From Balanoglossus misakiensis (lineage: Eukaryota; Animalia; Hemichordata): a stretch of DNA of 64,000 bases. The notes below the pieces were generated by a model that searched no databases, was not told the DNA's origin, and saw only the letters and a list, made by a program, of their open reading frames with translations. The stretch is from positions 11,990,053 through 12,054,052 of the forward strand of contig CM082587.2 of NCBI GenBank assembly GCA_040954595.2, given 5' to 3'. Position numbers and translations under genes: made by a program. Positions 22,399-35,200 of the stretch are shown here, one piece after another (positions within the stretch are counted from its first letter, which is position 1; every line of letters starts with the position of its first letter).

Positions 22399-23355
22399 CT
22401 AACTAGTTTCTTTCCACTGTGGCCAACGTGGTTCACTGTTTGTGTCAGAATCTCTCTGTTTTGCAAGGATTTTGAAATCATAGTGGTGACATGCATAGTG
22501 AAAATCAGCTACTTTCAAATGTCCGTCATGTTCATGCTGTAATTGAATTTTCAAAGCTGGGCTGGCGTGTTTTTTCTTATTTACATAAGTATCACACTTT
22601 ATACATGTATCTTCATGGGGTTTTCTGAGTCCCGTATTTAGGTCCTCTCTCACAATTTTACGAAATATCGTATAACTGACAGTTGTTCTTCCCAGAAGAG
22701 ATTGGTTGGTTATGAACTCTCGGTGTAACTGCGATATACTGTGGTCCGGCGCCAGGTACGGTTTAAATCGAGGATTCCTGCAGTAGTGAGATTCTACAAT
22801 TCTGTGCCTGCGTACGTGTTCAGTGATATCAGTCAGCAAATTTGGATTGAGTTTCCGACGATGCCCTTTGTGTCGGCCCCTTGCATCTGGCATCAGACCA
22901 GTTGAACAGTGCATCATTTTGCTTAGAACGGTTCTAGTCCGCCTCTCACTAATGCCAAATAATTTCAGGAATGCATTTTTGCAGACAGTAACCGTTTCAC
23001 CGCCTTCATTCACCAGGTGATAACGAACCGATTTCTTGTGTGACTTCATCTGTATATCCATCAGTTTGTAGAGCATCAAGTTCTGTTCATTATACACGCG
23101 ACCATCAAAATATTTTCTCGTGGTGCCTAAAACATGCGTACTCCCAAGCTTCCGCAGACAATTCCCTTGAACGCAGGCGCATTCCAAGGAAAGACTGTCA
23201 ATATCTGGAAAAGGGCGATTTTTCCTTGGTTTTTGTCTCGGACACGTCTTTTTAGAATTCCTACGTGGCTTGTTGGCTCGAGCTGACAGTTCGGTTCTGC
23301 GTTGCTGCCACACAGGAATGGGTTCCCACGCATAAGCAACTCCCCGGCAGGCCAT
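22399..23355 (-). CDS. Sola-like transposase N-terminal half, copy 2
   Basis: Translation identical to 1763-2719. Confidence 0.8.
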   Translation of the reverse strand: MACRGVAYAWEPIPVWQQRRTELSARANKPRRNSKKTCPRQKPRKNRPFPDIDSLSLECACVQGNCLRKLGSTHVLGTTRKYFDGRVYNEQNLMLYKLMDIQMKSHKKSVRYHLVNEGGETVTVCKNAFLKLFGISERRTRTVLSKMMHCSTGLMPDARGRHKGHRRKLNPNLLTDITEHVRRHRIVESHYCRNPRFKPYLAPDHSISQLHREFITNQSLLGRTTVSYTIFRKIVREDLNTGLRKPHEDTCIKCDTYVNKKKHASPALKIQLQHEHDGHLKVADFHYACHHYDFKILAKQRDSDTNSEPRWPQWKETS

Positions 23356-23526
23356 GGTCACAGCTGAAGTATTTGTTCAAGTACTGACTGACTAAACGCG
23401 GCATGGAACAAACGAACGAACGAACGAACGACTTCACGTTCGGAAAAAAAATCGTTGCGAGCTGTTGGGTGCCTCTATAGTTGTCGGCAACCGTTCTTTT
23501 TTATTGCTAAACAATGCTGTCAGAGC

Positions 23527-24540
23527 ATGGAAGGTGTGGTGGAAAACGAACAGAGGTTTTGTACGACCAACGATTGGATGGTGCTACATATGGACTTCCA
23601 CAAGTCATTGCCGGTTCCTAAACTCAGCTCTGAAGACTTTTACTTTAAATCGAAATTGCAAATGAAGCTCCTTGGAATTTACAACGGGACAACGGAAAAG
23701 ATGCATTGTTATGTATGGACAGAGCTCGATAGCAGAAAGTCTCCCGATGAAGTTATTACCTGTCTAAATCACTTTTTTTATAACTCGGGTGTGACCAGCA
23801 GACATGCAGTTATTTACAGCGACAACTGCCGTGCCGAATTCAAGTGTGGGAAGTTAATGTTTTACTATGACTATCTGTTACGAAAGGGCGTGTTTCGACG
23901 AATTGACTATAAAACTCTTGTGGCTGGACACACGTACTCCACCTGTGACCGAGTTTTTGCGTCCATTGAAAGGCATGCAAGTCGTTTCCAGAGTATAGAG
24001 ACACCTCACGATTGGACATCTGTGATTCGAGGATCTTCTCTGAATGGGAACATTGGAGTTACGGAGATGACTCACAGAGACTTTTTCAATTATTCTGATT
24101 TCCTGAAAAATGAGTACGTTGTGCGTTATGCAGATACAAACAATGTAACTTTTTACTACCAAGCCATGCACTATTTTAATTTTGGAGAAGGAGAAAGGCT
24201 TGATACCGACGGCAACCTCAGAACATTTAGTCATGCAGATAAAGTTTGGGTGAGAACATCTCTAGATCCAAGCGAGACCCCGATTGTAGTCGACTTTAGA
24301 AAGAAGAAGCAGAACCGGCGTTTACAAGATTGTACGCTGAACAAACTTTATCAGGAACGTCGACCACTGGCGAGCAAAGTTTGGCGGGATCTTCAGAGTT
24401 TAGCCAAAAATTACCTGTCTCCGGAGGCAATAGAATTTTATAGGAATCTACCGCTTCAGGAGAGTAGTGGCACCTCTGCAGACCCGTACGCCTTTCATGA
24501 TGATGACGACGACGATGATGATGATATGGGCGGTGGTTGA
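23527..24540 (+). CDS. Sola-like DDE transposase catalytic half, copy 2
   Basis: Translation identical to 2891-3904. Confidence 0.85.
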   Translation: MEGVVENEQRFCTTNDWMVLHMDFHKSLPVPKLSSEDFYFKSKLQMKLLGIYNGTTEKMHCYVWTELDSRKSPDEVITCLNHFFYNSGVTSRHAVIYSDNCRAEFKCGKLMFYYDYLLRKGVFRRIDYKTLVAGHTYSTCDRVFASIERHASRFQSIETPHDWTSVIRGSSLNGNIGVTEMTHRDFFNYSDFLKNEYVVRYADTNNVTFYYQAMHYFNFGEGERLDTDGNLRTFSHADKVWVRTSLDPSETPIVVDFRKKKQNRRLQDCTLNKLYQERRPLASKVWRDLQSLAKNYLSPEAIEFYRNLPLQESSGTSADPYAFHDDDDDDDDDMGGG

Positions 24541-25023
24541 ACAAACTGTCCTTTTCATGACGACAGTGATTTTGGATATTTGATGTGCGTGCACAGTTTA
24601 TATGTAATATTTTCACACGAACGAGTTTTGACTGAATTTGATTAAAGAATGTACTCGATAATTAACAAATGTGCTGAATCGTGGTTATTATGTTGTTAAT
24701 TTTTGTTTGTTTGTTTGTTTGTTTGTAAACAATTTCCGTTCATTCAACTGGCTACAAAGTTGGATTTTTGTACTGGGAAGCGATAAACTCGCACATCAAA
24801 ACCGGGGAGACTCGATCATTTTTCCCTGCAGGTAGCCTGAAAAGCACCCGGGCAGAGATTACGTCATATATGGTCCACTTTAATACGAAATTATGCAAAT
24901 GTGACATTTCACGGAAACGGCGTATATAAAAGCGACCCTGGGCTATTGTTCGGAATGCGTCATCGACGAGAGAGTGACTGATAATTCTTCTACCTCGAGT
25001 CAACCATTCTGTATATACTGAAC

Positions 25024-26350
25024 ATGGCTAGCTGGCGCAGGAAGAGACAAGGCAATGTGCGGTCTGTAATCAACGAACGGCACCGCTCAGTTCAGTGTCC
25101 CTTTCTTCAAAAGTGGATCGGTGAGCAATTGGTATTTTCAGGTCGTTCAGAGGATGAAGTCCAGTCCAGTACTGTATTTGAGAGCTACAAATGTTGGGTT
25201 GAAAACTATTCGTCGGCGGACAATCAAGTAATGATTATGGTTACTAAAGCTCGATTTTTCAAGGTGAGAATGATCGCATTTTTCTTCCCCCCCCCCCTCC
25301 CTCCCCCAAGGGACTCGTTTTCTGTCTCTTTTAAACCTGTAACTTAACGAAAAGGAAGTTTTTCACATATCTCTTTGTTGACACTATAGCAATTTGGAGC
25401 GCGGATGCTTCAAGAGAATAGCGTTACCAAATCAAAGTCGGCCGGGGTTAATATTTATAGAGGTGTTCGTCTGAAAGCTGGTTCGCGAAGAATCTCAACG
25501 GGGAAACCTGAGCACAGTGTACTTCAGACCAGGGCAAGGGCATTTCTTGATGACGCCAGCGTGACCGTTCCGATCGAGGTAAGAATGGTGTTTTGTTTGG
25601 ACTAGGACAATAGAACGTTGCAATGAGTGTGTCAATGGGTGTCCAAGTGCAAACGTGGTCGGCTTCTGTCCACAAATGCCATTAATTTTAGGCAGGATTT
25701 ATAAAATTGTCAATGAAGAATACAAAAATGAAAAACAATAGTTAATAGCAAACGGGTAGGATTGCAAGGGCTTGTAAAACGGTACACACTGTACCAGGAA
25801 GTTTGCAACACTAATGAAGAATGTATATGATATATTTAGGTGAGAACTGTTCGCGATCGCCGGGACGCAGGACGGTGCGCGTTTTCGACGAGGGATCTTC
25901 AAGCCTGGAACGTCGTCTGCGAATACCGGGGCACGGTTATTAGCGTTGAAGAAGCTAGTCGGCGTGATGAACTTTACAGGGCAGAGGGGAAACGACCACG
26001 CATGTTTCATCTCTACATTGGAAAGAGACACGTTGTGTGAGTGTATCACTTAGTCGAATATATGGTCATATATTGCAAAGCATCTGTCGAAATAGAAAAC
26101 GTAATATTGTCTATATTTTCCTCATTAACGCAGCATTGACGGATACGATGTCCCAGCCGGTGAAGAAAATTTAGCGGGCCTAATAAATCACAGTCAGCAG
26201 AACGCCAACTTGGTACCGGTTCGGATCGGAGAGCGCCTGGTTTTCTTTGCAACCAGGAATCTTTGTCAGGGAGTAGAGCTTTTGTATGATTACGGTGACG
26301 GGGGTGAAGAGGATTTCTTCAGTGGTTCTCAAACTTTTCCTGAAAATTAA
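25024..26350 (+). CDS. Winged-helix + SETD8-like SET gene (4 exons), copy 2
   Basis: Same exons and splice sites at +20636. Confidence 0.85.
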
Positions 26351-27258
26351 GGCATTAACACATCAACGCTTCGGGATGTCGTAACGGCGGCAAGGCGGGG
26401 GGGGGGGGGGGGGGGGCGTGAAAATGTTTGTATCAGGAACAAAATTCCCGTGCAAATCACCTTGATCCGGGTGGGTGGACTATTCGCGACAAATGTTGAA
26501 ATCATACAAAGCATTTTACTTAATTAACCCATTTTTTTCATTTATTTGTTTACAGTTTACAACGTCATAGAGAAGTTGAACTAGAGACTGGATCAGCGTG
26601 GGTGACACCATAGTACACCAATGTTTTCTTCAGTTTGATTCAATTGTAATTTAAAACTGAGATTGCCTAACGCTTTCCCAGATTTTTTTAACCACTGAGA
26701 AACTGTGGGTTTTTTTCTGGGTTTTGGTGCGAGGTGATCTCAGTCAGTGGTGTTAATTTAATTAATCATTTTCTTTTCCTATTTACGTCGACTGAAATGT
26801 ATTTTGATAGGTGATAGTCATACCATAAAAAAATCTTACGGCGCGACTGCCAAAATGTACATTTATTTGTCCGTTCCAAGTTATTTTGTGTATGTGTGAT
26901 GGGTGCCGGTGACTGTGCAGGGTTGATTTCCCTAGAGCGACTGTTATATTCGTTTTCCAACGATGATGAATTTACATGTTATTTGCTTGGCATTTTGACG
27001 CAGAGACACTTCTGAAAACACAAACCTATTAATTATGCCACGGGTGTAAATTGATCACATTAAAAGAGGCTTTAGACGTTTGCCGCGAGCTCCTGGTGGG
27101 CAGAATCTTGTCAGCCCAAATTTGACTATAAGTACATAGCCAATGATGTGACGCTCTCCCACATCCTTCGCCGCGCCTTTTCGCTGATTTACAGCATCTT
27201 GCGTAAACACTGTCATTTGATCTTGCTTGGCAGAAGTCAACTTGCTCTATACTACATT

Positions 27259-27624
27259 ATGGCGGCCAAGCTCAACTGCATATCAGATAATGCCAAGGAG
27301 CGTTTGAGAGGCATCCTCGCCAGAAGGAGTCGCGTTTCCGGTGACTGTGTGCTCTGGACGGGTGCAGCTTGTCGAAACGGCTATGGCTCTATTACGTTCA
27401 GAGATGAGAACACTCTAACCGCCTATGTCCATCACATTGCACTCCTAATTAACGGAGTGCAATTGGTGGGCAGGCGGTTAGAGTGTTCTCATCTTTGCAA
27501 CGAAAAGCTATGCATCCGCCCAGAGCACATTGTCCAGGAAACGCGACTCCTAAACATTTCACGAAAGACGTGCTTTAAATCCCCAAAAGGGGAGTGTCAC
27601 CACGATCCCAGGTGCCTAAGGTGA
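27259..27624 (+). CDS. His-Cys box endonuclease, copy 2
   Basis: Translation identical to 6622-6987. Confidence 0.88.
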   Translation: MAAKLNCISDNAKERLRGILARRSRVSGDCVLWTGAACRNGYGSITFRDENTLTAYVHHIALLINGVQLVGRRLECSHLCNEKLCIRPEHIVQETRLLNISRKTCFKSPKGECHHDPRCLR

Positions 27625-29255
27625 GTAATCCTCTTCTCATTTGATATGTATTGTGTGACCCTGCAGTTGAAACGCTTTCATCAATAATTTGCGGCGCGTG
27701 GGTAATCTCGGTGTTATTGACAATGCAGCCGGCCCAAACATTTTTAAATTAACACTGTTTCTGACTGTATTAACGAAATGTCCAATTTGCAAGTAGCCTA
27801 TAGACAACCCTTTTGAATGAGTTTTGTCTCGTTGAGATTTTATACATAAGGAACAATCTAGATTTATTTTAGAAGACACTGTTCTTTTAAAACAGCTAGC
27901 ATAATACAGCTAAATTTCGGAATTTCCGGACAATTTTCGGAATTCCTTTTAAATTTGAGAAATTTTTCATCAGATATAAGTGTTACTATTTATTGGACAT
28001 GTTTTTATCATTGTTTACTTTTTAAGGTCATTCTCATCCCCCCCCCCCCCCCAAAAAAAAAGCCGCTTTAGGCTTCATGTTCAGTAAAAAATCTGGAAAG
28101 TTCAGCTGAATTTTACACTGATCACACATTTTTGGGAAGGTCTGGCGCAAAATAAAGGATGACAAATGTAAATCTAATGTCACATTTGTAAACCTCTAAG
28201 TATTGTACACTCATTCTATTAAGTATATGCAAATAGTACGGATAATTTTTTCGGAATGTGGAATTCCGAAATTAGTTCGGAACGTGTTAGCAGTGAAGAG
28301 ATCACCACTGAGGGTTGGAAGGCCTTGCCAGAAATTAACGCGTAAAGTACGCCCTCACAGGCCATGTAAACAAGGTCAAATAAGGCCGTCTGGCAAACGA
28401 ATGATTAATTCAACGCGCCATTTGAGCCGAGCTGAGTTGGTCTGAGTTGCGTATCACACAGACTTAGGCTGAATGTCAGTGGAGTAACCAGTCCGTTTTA
28501 GATTTACCAATGATGTGAATTTAATTTCTTCACCCAGAAAAACAGAACACAACTTGTCTGCAACATGATGCTGGAGGTGACACATGACAGAGAAGTGGAT
28601 CCGCGTTGTCAACACAGATGCCAGCATTCAAAAGGGGAGTGCCACCTGCTAAAATCAACTCATCTGCTGTTGGCCCATTTTACCTGTGGCAACTGTTCAG
28701 AGGAGACAACGTTTATTCCGTGCAAGCCAACACGCAATGTTGGGGTCTACCTGTCAACACAGATGCAAGCATTCATGTGAGTGAGTATCAGGACTGACCT
28801 TGTTTTGCTGAATAATTCATAATGCCTATTTTAGAATTCTTAGAGGCATTTGGAGTTCATTGCCTGGTCAACCAAACTACACCCCTTAACAGCTGAAACA
28901 AAATGCGTATTGTGTTCATTCATTCATTGCTTCAATATATATAGGCAACATGAGTATCAAGTAGCACTATTTGTTTACGATTGTATTCATGAAAACTTCC
29001 CACTAACAATTCCACAGTTAATATTGAACACATTTATCCAACAAGGTCAAAAGAAAAAGGGAATCTTCTGGTTCCAAAATACGCCACAAATGTGGGTCAA
29101 CATACAGTGAAATATTATGGTGCTCAAATATGCAACATATCAAATCTGTCTCATCAAAGTCATGCTTTAAAAAAGAATTGAAAAGGTATTATTTATCCAT
29201 TTGACTGCTGTATTTTCAGAAGGAAAACAAACTGAATTTGGTTTTTCATGTACAA

Positions 29256-32200
29256 ATATTTTCTGTAAAATAGACATTTAATTGGCAAGCCGTCCTGCAT
29301 CAATTATTAATTGTGTACATGCACTAAAGCGCCCTCACTGCTGGGTGTGTTGTATGGTCTTTAACCCTGTTTCAAATTAGAGTACTTTCTGCAATTTCAA
29401 GACAGATCTTACGTGCCATTGGAGAGCTCCATTGACTGGTCATTCATACTGTTTTCATTCATTCATTGCGGCATCAATATATTTTATGTATTCTAGCCAA
29501 AGAGCTTGGCACCTGTTGAAATGAACTCATCTGCTGTGGGCCAGTTTATTGGTGGCAGTTGAGCTGAGGAGAGCACCTTCCTTCCCGGCACGCCACCAAG
29601 TAAAGTTCCACGCCGCCCACCACAGATGCCAGCATTCATTCATGCGAGTGAGTGTAATTGCAAATTTGCCTATTCTAGATCTGTAATGGAAATGGAGAAA
29701 GTACCTTATATTTTCTGTAAAATAGACATTTAATTGGCAAGCCGTCCTGCATCAATTATTAATTGTGTACATGCACTAAAGCGCCCTCACTGCTGGGTGT
29801 GTTGTATGGTCTTTAACCCTGTTTCAAATTAGAGTACTTTCTGCAATTTCAAGACAGATCTTACGTGCCATTGGAGAGCTCCATTGACTGGTCATTCATA
29901 CTGTTTTCATTCATTCATTGCGGCATCAATATATTTTATCTATTCTAGCCAAAGAGCTTGGCACCTGTTGAAATGAACTCATCTGCTGTGGGCCAGTTTA
30001 TTGGTGGCAGTTGAGCTGAGGAGAGCACCTTCCTTCCCGGCACGCCACCAAGTAAAGTTCCACGCCGCCCACCACAGATGCCAGCATTCATTCATGCGAG
30101 TGAGTGTAATTGCAAATTTGCCTATTCTAGAATTACGTGCCATTGGAGAGCTCCATTGACTGGTCATTCATACTGTTTTCATTCATTCATTGCGGCATCA
30201 ATATATTTTATCTATTCTAGCCAAAGAGCTTGGCACCTGTTGAAATGAACTCATCTGCTGTGGGCCAGTTTATTGGTGGCAGTTGAGCTGAGGAGAGCAC
30301 CTTCCTTCCCGGCACGCCACCAAGTAAAGTTCCACGCCGCCCACCACAGATGCCAGCATTCATTCATGCGAGTGAGTGTAATTGCAAATTTGCCTATTCT
30401 AGATCTGTAATGGAAATGGAGAAAGTACCTTATATTTTCTGTAAAATAGACATTTAATTGGCAAGCCGTCCTGCATCAATTATGAATTGTGTACATGCAC
30501 TAAAGCGCCCTCACTGCTGGGTGTGTTGTATGGTCTTTAACCCTGTTTCAAATTAGAGTACTTTCTGCAATTTCAAGACAGATCTTACGTGCCATTGGAG
30601 AGCTCCATTGACTGGTCATTCATACTGTTTTCATTCATTCATTGCGGCATCAATATATTTTATCTATTCTAGCCAAAGAGCTTGGCACCTGTTGAAATGA
30701 ACTCATCTGCTGTGGGCCAGTTTATTGGTGGCAGTTGAGCTGAGGAGAGCACCTTCCTTCCCGGCACGCCACCAAGTAAAGTTCCACGCCGCCCACCACA
30801 GATGCCAGCATTCATTCATGCGAGTGAGTGTAATTGCAAATTTGCCTATTCTAGAATCTTACGTGCCATTGGAGAGCTCCATTGACTGGTCATTCATACT
30901 GTTTTCATTCATTCATTGCGGCATCAATATATTTTATCTATTCTAGCCAAAGAGCTTGGCACCTGTTGAAATGAACTCATCTGCTGTGGGCCAGTTTATT
31001 GGTGGCAGTTGAGCTGAGGAGAGCACCTTCCTTCCCGGCACGCCACCAAGTAAAGTTCCACGCCGCCCACCACAGATGCCAGCATTCATTCATGCGAGTG
31101 AGTGTAATTGCAAATTTGCCTATTCTAGATCTGTAATGGAAATGGAGAAAGTACCTTATATTTTCTGTAAAATAGACATTTAATTGGCAAGCCGTCCTGC
31201 ATCAATTATTAATTGTGTACATGCACTAAAGCGCCCTCACTGCTGGGTGTGTTGTATGGTCTTTAACCCTGTTTCAAATTAGAGTACTTTCTGCAATTTC
31301 AAGACAGATCTTACGTGCCATTGGAGAGCTCCATTGACTGGTCATTCATACTGTTTTCATTCATTCATTGCGGCATCAATATATTTTATCTATTCTAGCC
31401 AAAGAGCTTGGCACCTGTTGAAATGAACTCATCTGCTGTGGGCCAGTTTATTGGTGGCAGTTGAGCTGAGAAGAGCACCTTCCTTCCCGGCACGCCACCA
31501 AGTAAAGTTCCACGCCGCCCACCACAGATGCCAGCATTCATTCATGCGAGTGAGTGTAATTGCAAATTTGCCTATTCTAGATCTGTAATGGAAATGGAGA
31601 AAGTACCTTATATTTTCTGTAAAATAGACATTTAATTGGCAAGCCGTCCTGCATCAATTATGAATTGTGTACATGCACTAAAGCGCCCTCACTGCTGGGT
31701 GTGTTGTATGGTCTTTAACCCTGTTTCAAATTAGAGTACTTTCTGCAATTTCAAGACAGATCTTACGTGCCATTGGAGAGCTCCATTGACTGGTCATTCA
31801 TACTGTTTTCATTCATTCATTGCGGCATCAATATATTTTATCTATTCTAGCCAAAGAGCTTGGCACCTGTTGAAATGAACTCATCTGCTGTGGGCCAGTT
31901 TATTGGTGGCAGTTGAGCTGAGGAGAGCACCTTCCTTCCCGGCACGCCACCAAGTAAAGTTCCACGCCGCCCACCACAGATGCCAGCATTCATTCATGCG
32001 AGTGAGTGTAATTGCAAATTTGCCTATTCTAGATCTGTAATGGAAATGGAGAAAGTACCTTATATTTTCTGTAAAATAGACATTTAATTGGCAAGCCGTC
32101 CTGCATCAATTATGAATTGTGTACATGCACTAAAGCGCCCTCACTGCTGGGTGTGTTGTATGGTCTTTAACCCTGTTTCAAATTAGAGTACTTTCTGCAA

Positions 32201-35200
32201 TTTCAAGACAGATCTTACGTGCCATTGGAGAGCTCCATTGACTGGTCATTCATACTGTTTTCATTCATTCATTGCGGCATCAATATATTTTATCTATTCT
32301 AGCCAAAGAGCTTGGCACCTGTTGAAATGAACTCATCTGCTGTGGGCCAGTTTATTGGTGGCAGTTGAGCTGAGGAGAGCACCTTCCTTCCCGGCACGCC
32401 ACCAAGTAAAGTTCCACGCCGCCCACCACAGATGCCAGCATTCATTCATGCGAGTGAGTGTAATTGCAAATTTGCCTATTCTAGATCTGTAATGGAAATG
32501 GAGAAAGTACCTTATATTTTCTGTAAAATAGACATTTAATTGGCAAGCCGTCCTGCATCAATTATGAATTGTGTACATGCACTAAAGCGCCCTCACTGCT
32601 GGGTGTGTTGTATGGTCTTTAACCCTGTTTCAAATTAGAGTACTTTCTGCAATTTCAAGACAGATCTTACGTGCCATTGGAGAGCTCCATTGACTGGTCA
32701 TTCATACTGTTTTCATTCATTCATTGCGGCATCAATATATTTTATCTATTCTAGCCAAAGAGCTTGGCACCTGTTGAAATGAACTCATCTGCTGTGGGCC
32801 AGTTTATTGGTGGCAGTTGAGCTGAGGAGAGCACCTTCCTTCCCGGCACGCCACCAAGTAAAGTTCCACGCCGCCCACCACAGATGCCAGCATTCATTCA
32901 TGCGAGTGAGTGTAATTGCAAATTTGCCTATTCTAGATCTGTAATGGAAATGGAGAAAGTACCTTATATTTTCTGTAAAATAGACATTTAATTGGCAAGC
33001 CGTCCTGCATCAATTATGAATTGTGTACATGCACTAAAGCGCCCTCACTGCTGGGTGTGTTGTATGGTCTTTAACCCTGTTTCAAATTAGAGTACTTTCT
33101 GCAATTTCAAGACAGATCTTACGTGCCATTGGAGAGCTCCATTGACTGGTCATTCATACTGTTTTCATTCATTCATTGCGGCATCAATATATTTTATCTA
33201 TTCTAGCCAAAGAGCTTGGCACCTGTTGAAATGAACTCATCTGCTGTGGGCCAGTTTATTGGTGGCAGTTGAGCTGAGAAGAGCACCTTCCTTCCCGGCA
33301 CGCCACCAAGTAAAGTTCCACGCCGCCCACCACAGATGCCAGCATTCATTCATGCGAGTGAGTGTAATTGCAAATTTGCCTATTCTAGAATCTTACGTGC
33401 CATTGGAGAGCTCCATTGACTGGTCATTCATACTGTTTTCATTCATTCATTGCGGCATCAATATATTTTATCTATTCTAGCCAAAGAGCTTGGCACCTGT
33501 TGAAATGAACTCATCTGCTGTGGGCCAGTTTATTGGTGGCAGTTGAGCTGAGGAGAGCACCTTCCTTCCCGGGACGCCACCAAGTAAAGTTCCACGCCGC
33601 CCACCACAGATGCCAGCATTCATTCATGCGAGTGAGTGTAATTGCAAATTTGCCTATTCTAGATTCTTACGTGCCATTGGAGAGCTCCATTGACTGGTCA
33701 TTCATACTGTTTTCATTCATTCATTGCGGCATCAATATATTTTATCTATTCTAGCCAAAGAGCTTGGCACCTGTTGAAATGAACTCATCTGCTGTGGGCC
33801 AGTTTATTGGTGGCAGTTGAGCTGAGGAGAGCACCTTCCTTCCCGGCACGCCACCAAGTAAAGTTCCACGCCGCCCACCACAGATGCCAGCATTCATTCA
33901 TGCGAGTGAGTGTAATTGCAAATTTGCCTATTCTAGATCTGTAATGGAAATGGAGAAAGTACCTTATATTTTCTGTAAAATAGACATTTAATTGGCAAGC
34001 CGTCCTGCATCAATTATTAATTGTGTACATGCACTAAAGCGCCCTCACTGCTGGGTGTGTTGTATGGTCTTTAACCCTGTTTCAAATTAGAGTACTTTCT
34101 GCAATTTCAAGACAGATCTTACGTGCCATTGGAGAGCTCCATTGACTGGTCATTCATACTGTTTTCATTCATTCATTGCGGCATCAATATATTTTATCTA
34201 TTCTAGCCAAAGAGCTTGGCACCTGTTGAAATGAACTCATCTGCTGTGGGCCAGTTTATTGGTGGCAGTTGAGCTGAGGAGAGCACCTTCCTTCCCGGCA
34301 CGCCACCAAGTAAAGTTCCACGCCGCCCACCACAGATGCCAGCATTCATTCATGCGAGTGAGTGTAATTGCAAATTTGCCTATTCTAGAATTACGTGCCA
34401 TTGGAGAGCTCCATTGACTGGTCATTCATACTGTTTTCATTCATTCATTGCGGCATCAATATATTTTATCTATTCTAGCCAAAGAGCTTGGCACCTGTTG
34501 AAATGAACTCATCTGCTGTGGGCCAGTTTATTGGTGGCAGTTGAGCTGAGGAGAGCACCTTCCTTCCCGGCACGCCACCAAGTAAAGTTCCACGCCGCCC
34601 ACCACAGATGCCAGCATTCATTCATGCGAGTGAGTGTAATTGCAAATTTGCCTATTCTAGATCTGTAATGGAAATGGAGAAAGTACCTTATATTTTCTGT
34701 AAAATAGACATTTAATTGGCAAGCCGTCCTGCATCAATTATGAATTGTGTACATGCACTAAAGCGCCCTCACTGCTGGGTGTGTTGTATGGTCTTTAACC
34801 CTGTTTCAAATTAGAGTACTTTCTGCAATTTCAAGACAGATCTTACGTGCCATTGGAGAGCTCCATTGACTGGTCATTCATACTGTTTTCATTCATTCAT
34901 TGCGGCATCAATATATTTTATCTATTCTAGCCAAAGAGCTTGGCACCTGTTGAAATGAACTCATCTGCTGTGGGCCAGTTTATTGGTGGCAGTTGAGCTG
35001 AGGAGAGCACCTTCCTTCCCGGCACGCCACCAAGTAAAGTTCCACGCCGCCCACCACAGATGCCAGCATTCATTCATGCGAGTGAGTGTAATTGCAAATT
35101 TGCCTATTCTAGATCTGTAATGGAAATGGAGAAAGTACCTTATATTTTCTGTAAAATAGACATTTAATTGGCAAGCCGTCCTGCATCAATTATGAATTGT

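Larger units (their letters stand above)
21110..29405. mobile_element. Gene cassette copy 2
   Basis: All ORF translations identical to copy 1 at offset +20636/+20637. Confidence 0.75.
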